NCBI GenBank assembly: GCA_963663545.1
Contig: OY760505.1
Span: 2,976,001-3,040,000, forward strand
DNA: 64,000 nt
Direction of reading: 5' to 3'
DNA from: Candidatus Delongbacteria bacterium
Lineage (GTDB): Bacteria > CAIWAD01
The notes under the pieces: model-generated
Database searches by the model: none
What the model saw: the letters and a program-made list of their open reading frames with translations, nothing else
What the model was told of the DNA's origin: nothing
In this document: in pieces, positions 9,138 through 17,144 of the stretch
Layout of the letters: the number at the start of each line of letters is the position of its first letter
Position numbering within the stretch: position 1 is the first letter of the stretch
Translations under genes and position numbers: made by a program

Positions 9138-11672
9138 ATGGGTTCTGGTTTGAAATCTGTCATCCGGCCACTGGGATTTTTCTGTGCACTAATACTGTGG
9201 CCCTTGCTGTGTCACGCGATCGAGGTGGTCGAGGAGACCGGCAGTCTGCGCAATTTCATCGGCGGGCACGAGCCCGGCTGTGCTTACGATAACTACATCA
9301 GCCACACCGTCGAGCGAACCGGAAATTACGACCAGGGGCCGCCGGAGCTTGATGCACCCGCGGTAGGTTTCGGCAACATTACTCTTGCTACAGAGACGGA
9401 CTGTCGGATTTTGTCCAGTGGAATGCTTGCACTCTGGGAGAATAATGTTCAGGCTGCCTGTGATACACTGGCGCAGATGGACTCTCTGTTCAATGCAAGT
9501 TGGCAGCTGGTTCGTTTTCACGATACCGACTTCTTGCGCGATTACTGGATGTTGCGTGAGAAGCTGGATTCGTGTTACACCGATTCAAATTTCTGGGCCG
9601 GACCCGATGACGATGTAGTGGGCAGTTTCAATTTTGGCTGGGGCCTCTATGTGATACGACCGGAAGCAGGGCGCAACAGCATTCTGATTGAAGCTCCACA
9701 TCCGGGCGACGATTTCATCAGCACATGGATTGCCGCAGACTTCTTCCTGGGTGCCGATGCCGGGCTGCTGTTCATGAACGGCGCATGTCGTTTCTTTCCA
9801 AACAGCCAAAGCGATCCAACGCGTAATCGTCTTCATCCGGCAAATGACATCGTGAATGCCGTGAGACAGCGACTGCGGCTGGAGGGCGAGTTCGATTTTA
9901 GCATGCAGGTTCACAGCTTCGACGATTCCATTCATGCAGAGCTGCCTGATATCGTGCTCAGTTGTGCTCGCTGGGGCGGGTGTATTCATCCGCCGGTGTT
10001 CGATTTCAACCGCTGCGGTCGCGGGATGCTGAATCTGCTGGCCAATCCGACCTTTAGCGCCGGGGATGCCTGGTGGATCGAAAATGATGTCTCGCTTCAG
10101 AGTTTTGTGAGTGTACACACCGGCTACCCGATGATTGTGGGCGAAGGAGGAGAAGCCGATTCACTGGTTCGTCCTATGGATCTGTGGGGGTATATCGGCA
10201 ACAACTCCATGCTGCTGGCGCTGGAAGGGCTGGAAGACTGCGGAGAGCCGGAGCATTTTCTGCACATCGAATTGGCAGAAGAGCCCCATCCAGCGGAGAT
10301 GATCGGTGAAACTGCATTGTATCACGCGGATAGCGCAAGGGTGCCCACCTGGAGCAACTTCGCGGACATCATCGACTATTACCGGCCCATGTTCGACTCC
10401 TTACGTGTGGCCTATGATCATCTGATGCAGTGGGATTGCGAAGTGTGCGCAAATGATCCCGGCTGGAACATTACTTGGACAAGTGATACATCGCTGAGTG
10501 TGACATGGCTGAATCACTCCAGCTCATTTGGTCTGGAAACGCAACGGATCACTGGCCATCGAGGCTGGCTTGATTCATCCGGTGAGCGTGAAGTCTGTTC
10601 AAACGGTTACTGGCCAGGTTCCAGTGTCAGTCTAAGCGGTGTGCCGGGCGAAATGCTGACGCTTAGTCTTGAAGCACTGGATGCAACCTGTGATACAATT
10701 GCCTGCAGTGATACACTGCGCATTCCCTTGCCTTACAGAGAAGAGACAACCTTCTCTCTGGGATTGCAGGGGCAATCCGGTCGAATGATTGTATCCGACG
10801 CTGATGCCGTGATACAGGTGCGCGTCTACAACTCTATACATCAACTGGATTTCAGCACACTGATGTGGCGCGTGGATGTCAACGGCGATGGCCTGTATCT
10901 GGGTACTTCTGACGATTGGCGCTCATGTGACTACACCGGTCTGGGTTACTGGAAGCTGTGTTCTCTGCCACTGCAAGCGATCGCCGATGGCAGCCGCTTT
11001 GAACTCCGCGTGCACTCAAACAGCCTGTCCGAATGGGACTATTCCGGTCGTCTGGCACAGTGCGGAATCGACGACGACTGGTACGTCTGGCGTGACACAG
11101 AATCGCCAGCACCACCCATGCCAGTGCTAATGACGCAGACCAATGAGCGCAGTGTTCTGCTCAGCTGGGCGTGTAAGAACGGCTGGCCCGCTGATTTCAA
11201 TGGAGTGGAAATGGAGCTGCTGGATGCGGATACAGGTGAATTGCTACGCCACTACACTACTGATTTGTATCCACAGCTTCTGGAAAATGACAGGCGTAGT
11301 TTTGAGGCCATGTCCTTTCATTTCATCGGCCGACGCCTGCGCGCAACGGCTTGTGCGCTGGATCGCTATGGTCATCGCTCCCTCTCATGCTGCAGCAATA
11401 CGATTCAGATGACGGAGGAGCGCAGTTCCAGGCCGACATTGCTTTGTGCCTACGAAGCCCCTGACTTCTTACGCCTGCAATGGAGCACCTCGTCAGAAAG
11501 AGGCAAGATCAGTTATCAGCTCTACTGCCTTGAAGATCCATGGCAGCCACTTCAAGAAGCCGCTTTGCTGTTGGAGACAGAGGAAATCTGTGTCCGCCTG
11601 CGTCTCGACGAGCTTCCAGCCTCCGGTGCATTCTTCCGCGTGCTACCCAAGAGCATTCGCGAAACACCTTGA
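9138..11672 (+). CDS. Large secreted hypothetical protein (paralog A)
   Basis: 844 aa with signal peptide. Clear similarity to the next gene (VVEETGSL..F.GG.EPGCAYDN..SH, DDVVGSFN..WGL, PHP.DD, SDPTR). Confidence 0.85.
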   Translation: MGSGLKSVIRPLGFFCALILWPLLCHAIEVVEETGSLRNFIGGHEPGCAYDNYISHTVERTGNYDQGPPELDAPAVGFGNITLATETDCRILSSGMLALWENNVQAACDTLAQMDSLFNASWQLVRFHDTDFLRDYWMLREKLDSCYTDSNFWAGPDDDVVGSFNFGWGLYVIRPEAGRNSILIEAPHPGDDFISTWIAADFFLGADAGLLFMNGACRFFPNSQSDPTRNRLHPANDIVNAVRQRLRLEGEFDFSMQVHSFDDSIHAELPDIVLSCARWGGCIHPPVFDFNRCGRGMLNLLANPTFSAGDAWWIENDVSLQSFVSVHTGYPMIVGEGGEADSLVRPMDLWGYIGNNSMLLALEGLEDCGEPEHFLHIELAEEPHPAEMIGETALYHADSARVPTWSNFADIIDYYRPMFDSLRVAYDHLMQWDCEVCANDPGWNITWTSDTSLSVTWLNHSSSFGLETQRITGHRGWLDSSGEREVCSNGYWPGSSVSLSGVPGEMLTLSLEALDATCDTIACSDTLRIPLPYREETTFSLGLQGQSGRMIVSDADAVIQVRVYNSIHQLDFSTLMWRVDVNGDGLYLGTSDDWRSCDYTGLGYWKLCSLPLQAIADGSRFELRVHSNSLSEWDYSGRLAQCGIDDDWYVWRDTESPAPPMPVLMTQTNERSVLLSWACKNGWPADFNGVEMELLDADTGELLRHYTTDLYPQLLENDRRSFEAMSFHFIGRRLRATACALDRYGHRSLSCCSNTIQMTEERSSRPTLLCAYEAPDFLRLQWSTSSERGKISYQLYCLEDPWQPLQEAALLLETEEICVRLRLDELPASGAFFRVLPKSIRETP

Positions 11673-11792
11673 CACGCAACGGAAGTAGCGAATCTAACAG
11701 GAATCATTTTCAACCTGCAGTGGCTTTGCTTGCAGGAGCAGTGGCTTCTTCCGTTCTTGTGATTCAAACGCCAACCTAGCTGCCAGGATACT

Positions 11793-14429
11793 ATGATGAA
11801 ATGTGCTCCCACCCTCTCCCGCATTTTGATCACCCTTGTCCTGAGCCTTCCCTTGCACGCCCAAGTCGTTGAGGAAACCGGCAGCCTGCTGCAGTTCCTC
11901 GGTGGCAGCGAGCCGGGTTGCGCTTACGACAACTGGTTCAGCCACATCGTCGAGGGAATCGCCTCCCCCGGCTACAACTACTACGGTCCGGAACGCCTAG
12001 ACCCTCAGACAAACGGTTTCGGGGATTACGAACGACTTTACAGCAACACCTACGGAAACGGTGTGCTCAATCTCTTCCGCACTCTGACGACGGATCTGTT
12101 GGAGGGAAATCCGACAGCGGCGGCCTTTGCGCTGACCGAGCAGCCCGGCATCGCGTATCACGTGGTACACCTGACCGAGCCTGGTGGACGCGAGTTCTAT
12201 CTGATTCGCGAGGATCTGGACACTCAGTACGTCGACGCCGGGTGGAATTCCAGCAGTGTGGACGATGTTGTGGGCTCTTTCAATCACGCTTGGGGTCTGA
12301 CGGTCATCGCCGTCAATCCACAGCGCCCGGGTTTCATTTTGCAGTCGCCGCATCCCAACGACGACTATCCCGCCAACTTCATGACGGCCCAGTTCTTCTA
12401 TGACGCCGGCGCACACATGATGCAGGTTAACGGCGCCGGTCGCGAAGTGGACTGGAACGATGACAACAACAACGGCGCCTACGCCAACGGAGAAAGCCGC
12501 AGCGACCCGACCCGCTATTGCGTTCATCCTTTTGTGGCCGTGCACGGTGCTGCCGTGGACTGGATGCGCGCCGAGGGCATCGAGGATCTGACGCTGCAGT
12601 TGCACACCTATGACGATTACTCCAGCGGTCAGCGACGCACTCTGAAGAGCGCCGTTTTCAGCTCGGGACGTGAGCATCGCGTGGGACTACCGCCCTATTT
12701 CGATCCCGGCTATAACGATCTGGGTGCGCTGAATTTGCTGCACAATCCTGTGTTCATCAGCAATGCTCTGGGCTGGACCCATAGCGCGGTCGAGCTGGAG
12801 GAGTATATCGCCATCAACACGTGGAACGAGGTGCCTGTGGATGGCGGCAATCTGGGGCAGGAACACTGGATCAGCATTTCGCCCGATCTATGGGGTTATC
12901 CAGAGAACTGCCTTATGGCCAACAGCCATGAGGGCTTTGAAGACTGCGATGACTTTGAGCGCTGGTTGCACGTCGAATTTGACGAGCTTCCCTATGCGGC
13001 TCACAGCTTGGGCGATGCCGATTTCTACAACGCCGACGGCAGTGCGGTAGCCGACTGGAGCAACTACGCTCATTTCATGACCTATTACACACCCTGGAAG
13101 ACGGCGTTGACGACGGCCATCGACAACACGCGCGAATGGGATCCTGCCAGCGAAGGAACGCCGACGACGCCCACGAGCCTGGTGGTCGCTGAAGTGGATA
13201 CCAACACAGTAACGCTGCAGTGGAATGCCAGCAAGTCCAGTGATTTTGACACCTACGAAGTCTGGATGGACACTCTGGATCACATCGATGAGAACACCAG
13301 CTGGATGGTGGATAGCGGCGACTACAGCCGGCTGTGTTGGGCGGCCAACCGCTACGTGACCCTTGGACCGCTGGAGTATCGACAGACCTTCACCTTTGCC
13401 GTGCGCGGTCGCGACAATCAGGATCGTCTCTCAGGCTTCAGCAACGAAGTCAGCGGGTATGCCGATGATCTGCATCCTCCGCTGATCACCATCCTCACCC
13501 CTTCTTCAAGCGGCACCCATTACACCAATGGCGTCAACGATTCCATTCGAGTGCGGCTGCGCGACGTCAATCACCATGTAGATCTTTCCACGCTGCAGTA
13601 TCGTGTAGATGCAAATGGTGACGGCCAGTACGCGGGGACCGGCGAGGATTGGGTGAGCTTTGGCTTATCGGGCGATTTCCAGAACCAGGCCTTGTATGTG
13701 CCCTTTACGCCTTCGATAGCGGGCTGCGGCCATTTCGAATTGCGCTGCCAGGACGATCAGAATCCCATTTGGGGTTACTCGGGCAGTGATCGCGAAGAAG
13801 GCATCGGCGACGACCAACCCTACGTTTGCTGGGATGATATCGCGCCACCAAGCATTGGCAACTTTCAGTTCCTCACGCTCCAGGCGGATTCCTTCATGCT
13901 GGCATGGGACGCGATTGACGAAGATGCGACCTTCCGCACCTTTCGCCTTCTGCTTTCCACGGAGCCTTTCGAAGAAGCCGCAGACGCCATGCTGATTCTG
14001 GATCGCAGCAATATCAGCGCGCTGGGTAATGCGACGCTGACGGCCTTTGGTGGCTACCTGCCGCAGTTCTTCGGCGAGAGGGTGTACGTCAAACTCCAAA
14101 CCGAAGACTTTGCTGGCAATTATGGCGAATTGGCCTCTGCCAGCTTCCACTACATGAATTCAGCTTGGTGTGGTGTGGAGAATCTGCAACTTCACTTGCT
14201 GCCCGCTTCTTTGCGACTGAGTTGGGAAAGCTATGTGGCCGAAGGTCTTCAGCTTCAGGGTTTTGATATCTATCGTCTGCCAACGCCCTGGGCGGTTCGC
14301 GAGGAATGGGAGTTGGTCGGTCAGAGCTCTGGGGGAGTCATGCAGTACGACTTGCCGCTGAGCGAGGCCGCCGCGCATTTCCTTTGCAGTTACGCGGTAA
14401 CGGCAAGGTGCGAGCTGGACGCCCGTTGA
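11793..14429 (+). CDS. Large secreted hypothetical protein with FN3-like domains (paralog B)
   Basis: 878 aa with signal peptide. FN3-like PTTPTSLVV...VTLQW...YEVW...TFTFAVRGRD segment. Confidence 0.88.
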   Translation: MMKCAPTLSRILITLVLSLPLHAQVVEETGSLLQFLGGSEPGCAYDNWFSHIVEGIASPGYNYYGPERLDPQTNGFGDYERLYSNTYGNGVLNLFRTLTTDLLEGNPTAAAFALTEQPGIAYHVVHLTEPGGREFYLIREDLDTQYVDAGWNSSSVDDVVGSFNHAWGLTVIAVNPQRPGFILQSPHPNDDYPANFMTAQFFYDAGAHMMQVNGAGREVDWNDDNNNGAYANGESRSDPTRYCVHPFVAVHGAAVDWMRAEGIEDLTLQLHTYDDYSSGQRRTLKSAVFSSGREHRVGLPPYFDPGYNDLGALNLLHNPVFISNALGWTHSAVELEEYIAINTWNEVPVDGGNLGQEHWISISPDLWGYPENCLMANSHEGFEDCDDFERWLHVEFDELPYAAHSLGDADFYNADGSAVADWSNYAHFMTYYTPWKTALTTAIDNTREWDPASEGTPTTPTSLVVAEVDTNTVTLQWNASKSSDFDTYEVWMDTLDHIDENTSWMVDSGDYSRLCWAANRYVTLGPLEYRQTFTFAVRGRDNQDRLSGFSNEVSGYADDLHPPLITILTPSSSGTHYTNGVNDSIRVRLRDVNHHVDLSTLQYRVDANGDGQYAGTGEDWVSFGLSGDFQNQALYVPFTPSIAGCGHFELRCQDDQNPIWGYSGSDREEGIGDDQPYVCWDDIAPPSIGNFQFLTLQADSFMLAWDAIDEDATFRTFRLLLSTEPFEEAADAMLILDRSNISALGNATLTAFGGYLPQFFGERVYVKLQTEDFAGNYGELASASFHYMNSAWCGVENLQLHLLPASLRLSWESYVAEGLQLQGFDIYRLPTPWAVREEWELVGQSSGGVMQYDLPLSEAAAHFLCSYAVTARCELDAR

Positions 14430-14448
14430 ATTCGCATACGGAATACCG

Positions 14449-14482
14449 GCCCCATCCTTAGCGGGTGGGGCTTCTTCTCTTT
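14449..14482 (+). terminator. Intrinsic terminator-like hairpin
   Basis: GCCCCATCC...GGGTGGGGC followed by a pyrimidine tract. Confidence 0.5.
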
Positions 14483-14539
14483 ATGCGGGAGATTTCTGCT
14501 TTTTGCCACCAGCAATTCGAGGAAAATGCACAAGCTCGC

Positions 14540-14568
14540 TTGCAGATCCCACTTCGGAACCATATAAT
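14540..14568 (+). promoter_or_regulatory. Sigma70-type promoter
   Basis: TTGCAG-N17-TATAAT, 45 nt upstream of the small ORF at 14614. Confidence 0.7.
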
Positions 14569-14613
14569 CGGGGTCCGCAAATAGTGCGAAGGTCCTAACC
14601 GGAGGATAGATAG

Positions 14614-14766
14614 ATGGCAAAAGCACAGAAATTCGTCGCCAGGCAGGTCTCTCACGAGCGCCCTGTGCTGAAGGTCACCATGGAGAAGACGGAGAAGGGT
14701 ACCTACCGTGTGAAAAAGCAGGTTGTGTACGCTACCAAGGACAACGAGTCCCAGATCTTCGGCTAG
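14614..14766 (+). CDS. Small basic protein (50 aa), possibly DUF4295/bL38-like ribosomal protein
   Basis: MAKAQKFVARQVSHERPVLKVTMEKTEKGTYRVKKQVVYATKDNESQIFG. GGAGG SD, own promoter and terminator. Below the ORF-track length cutoff. Confidence 0.8.
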   Translation: MAKAQKFVARQVSHERPVLKVTMEKTEKGTYRVKKQVVYATKDNESQIFG

Positions 14767-14786
14767 ACCTGAAGTTGATGTGCATC

Positions 14787-14811
14787 AAGGCCTGGCGACA
14801 GGCCTTTTTTT
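14787..14811 (+). terminator. Intrinsic terminator
   Basis: AAGGCCTG-GCGA-CAGGCCTT followed by a T-tract. Confidence 0.85.
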
Positions 14812-14828
14812 GTACCCGGAGGGTAACG

Positions 14829-16010
14829 ATGTCACGTAGACGCTTTGTTCTGTTGGTGCTGGATGGTGTTGGCGCAGGTGAGCTTCCCGACGCCGCAGCC
14901 TTTGGCGATGTGGGTTCCAACACGCTGGGCAATTTGGCGCAGAAAATGAACGGCCTTTGTCTGCCCAATCTGCAGCGCATGGGCCTGGGCAATATTCTGC
15001 CTTTGGAGGGCGTTGCCAGCACGCACCAGCCGCTGGCCAGCTTCGGCCGCATGCGCGAGAAAAGCATGGGCAAGGATAGCACCCTGGGCCATTGGGAGCT
15101 TGCGGGTCTTGTCACCAGCCGTGCGCTGCCCACCTATCCGCAGGGCTTTCCGCAGGAGGTGCTGGATGAGTTCGTGCGCCGCAGCGGTGTGCCGGGAATT
15201 CTGGGCAACAAAACCGCTTCGGGCACCGTCATCCTTGAGGAACTGGGCGCCGAGCACGTGCGCACCGGCTGTCCAATCGTGTACACCTCCGCCGACAGCG
15301 TGTTTCAGATTGCCGCCCACGAGGAAGTGATTCCGCTAGAGCGTCAGTACGAGATTTGCCGCATTGCCCGCGAACTGCTGGTGGGCGAACACGCCGTGGC
15401 GCGAGTCATCGCCCGTCCTTTCCTGGGCGAAGAGGGAAGCTACGCGCGCACCACCAACCGCCGCGATTTCAGTCTGCTTCCTTGGGAGCCGACCATTCTG
15501 GACGCCGTTGCCGAAGCTGGTGTGGAAGTGGTCGCCATCGGCAAGATCTTCGATCTTTTCGCCGGGCAAGGCATTGAGCGACACATTGCTTCCAAGAACA
15601 ATGCCATGGGCGTCGACCGCCTGCTGGAGGTGCTGGCCGAAAAGGGCGAGCGCGATCAGCTCATTCTGCTCAATCTGGTGGACTTCGACATGCTTTGGGG
15701 CCACCGGCTCGATTCCGCGGGCTTCAAGGGCGGGCTCGAAGCTTTTGATGCGCGCCTGCCGGAGATCCTGCCAGCATTTGGTGCTGGCGACCTGCTACTG
15801 ATCACTGCCGATCACGGCAACGATCCCACGGGCACTTCCACCGACCACAGTCGCGAGCACGTACCCCTACTGGTGTTCTATCCCGGTCTGACGGGCAAGG
15901 ACCTGGGGACGCGTGCCAGTTTTACTGACGTGGCCGCTACCATTGGCGATTGGCTTCTGGCAACGCCTTTCGGTCCCGGACAAAGCCTGCTGCAGGAATT
16001 AGCCAGCTAA
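14829..16010 (+). CDS. deoB: Phosphopentomutase
   Basis: LVLDGVGAG, GKDSTLGHWE, YTSADSVFQIAAHE, RVIARPF, NLVDFD, TADHGNDP and TDHSRE. Confidence 0.96.
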   Translation: MSRRRFVLLVLDGVGAGELPDAAAFGDVGSNTLGNLAQKMNGLCLPNLQRMGLGNILPLEGVASTHQPLASFGRMREKSMGKDSTLGHWELAGLVTSRALPTYPQGFPQEVLDEFVRRSGVPGILGNKTASGTVILEELGAEHVRTGCPIVYTSADSVFQIAAHEEVIPLERQYEICRIARELLVGEHAVARVIARPFLGEEGSYARTTNRRDFSLLPWEPTILDAVAEAGVEVVAIGKIFDLFAGQGIERHIASKNNAMGVDRLLEVLAEKGERDQLILLNLVDFDMLWGHRLDSAGFKGGLEAFDARLPEILPAFGAGDLLLITADHGNDPTGTSTDHSREHVPLLVFYPGLTGKDLGTRASFTDVAATIGDWLLATPFGPGQSLLQELAS

Positions 16011-16053
16011 AGCCGGTTAAGCCGGCTAAAGCCGGTTAAGCCGACTGAAGCGG
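16001..16053 (+). repeat. Short degenerate tandem repeat (~19-nt period)
   Basis: AGCCAGCTAAAGCCGGTTA / AGCCGGCTAAAGCCGGTTA / AGCCGACTGAAGCGG spanning the deoB stop. Confidence 0.7.
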
Positions 16054-16113
16054 TGAGGCTGGGTGATGCTGGTTTTGTAGATTGCCTGCATTCAGAAGGA
16101 AAGGCTAGGCACC

Positions 16114-16404
16114 ATGCAATTAGGCCGCGTGATCGGCACCCTCTGGGCCACCCGCAAGGATCCCAAACTGACGGGATTGAAATTCCTCATCGTGCGTCAT
16201 CTGGATTTCGATTTGAGTGAGAAGAGCGGCTTCAGCGTCGCCGTGGACAGCGTCGGCGCCGGTGCTGGCGAGATCGTGCTGACCGCGTCGGGCTCAAGTG
16301 CACGCCTGACTCAGGCAACCGAAGGTCGTCCGGTAGATACGGTGATCATGGCCATCGTCGATCGCCTTGAAGTCGAGGGCAAACAGACCGAGGTGCTGGC
16401 GTGA
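16114..16404 (+). CDS. EutN/CcmL-family microcompartment vertex (BMC-P) protein
   Basis: MQLGRVIGTLWATRKDPKLTG, VAVDSVGAGAGEIVL, GSSAR and PVDTVIMAIVD. Confidence 0.95.
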   Translation: MQLGRVIGTLWATRKDPKLTGLKFLIVRHLDFDLSEKSGFSVAVDSVGAGAGEIVLTASGSSARLTQATEGRPVDTVIMAIVDRLEVEGKQTEVLA

Positions 16405-16667
16405 ACCTGGCCACCGTCATCGGCAAGGTCTGGGCCACGCGCAAGTTGCCCGCATTGCAGGACGCCGTGCTGCTGATTCTACAGCCGGTCGACGGCGACG
16501 GCAAGGTCTGCGGCAGTCCTTTGGCCGCTGCGGACACACTGGGTGCCCGCCAGGGGCAAAGCGTGTATTACGTCAGCTCAAAAGAAGCCAGCATGCCCAT
16601 GCCGGATCCGGCGATGACCGCGATTGATGCTTGTATCGTGGGAATTGTGGATCACGTAGATCGTTGA
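16401..16667 (+). CDS. Second EutN/CcmL-family BMC-P protein
   Basis: VIGKVWATRK, AADTLGA and IDACIVGIVD. Overlaps the previous stop. Confidence 0.93.
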   Translation: MNLATVIGKVWATRKLPALQDAVLLILQPVDGDGKVCGSPLAAADTLGARQGQSVYYVSSKEASMPMPDPAMTAIDACIVGIVDHVDR

Positions 16668-17078
16668 CTAGCGGTAGCTGAGGGTCATGGTGACCACCGT
16701 GCCCGAGGTTGTGTGTTGTACCTGCACCTCGTCCATCAGGTGCTGGATGATCAAGAGGCCGCGTCCATGTTCGTCCAGCAGGTTTTCCGGCTGGAGGGGA
16801 TCGGCGAGGTTCTTGGGATTGAAGCCCCCGCCCTGGTCCTCGACGGCGAGCGTCAGCAGACGGGAATCCTCCTGCCACCGAGCGCACAACGTCACACGGC
16901 CTTTGCCTTGATGCGAGCTGCCATGCAGAATGGCGTTGTTGGCCGCTTCGGTGCCGGCGATAATCAGACTACCGGCACGATCCTCGTCGAGACCCGCGCG
17001 CTGCGCGACCTCATCCAGGAAGGCCTCCACCTCGTTGATGGCGGCTGGATCGGGTACTATGCTTAGTCTTGCTTCCAT
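16668..17078 (-). CDS. RsbW-like anti-sigma factor / HATPase domain protein
   Basis: EAANNAILHG, VEDQGGGF and EHGRGLLIIQHLMDEV. ATG at 17078. Confidence 0.9.
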   Translation of the reverse strand: MEARLSIVPDPAAINEVEAFLDEVAQRAGLDEDRAGSLIIAGTEAANNAILHGSSHQGKGRVTLCARWQEDSRLLTLAVEDQGGGFNPKNLADPLQPENLLDEHGRGLLIIQHLMDEVQVQHTTSGTVVTMTLSYR

Positions 17079-17144
17079 AAAGCGATACAGGCGAGAGCAT
17101 AACAATCTCACGCCGCATTTGTATGTAGAGAGCCGGGAAAGCCA

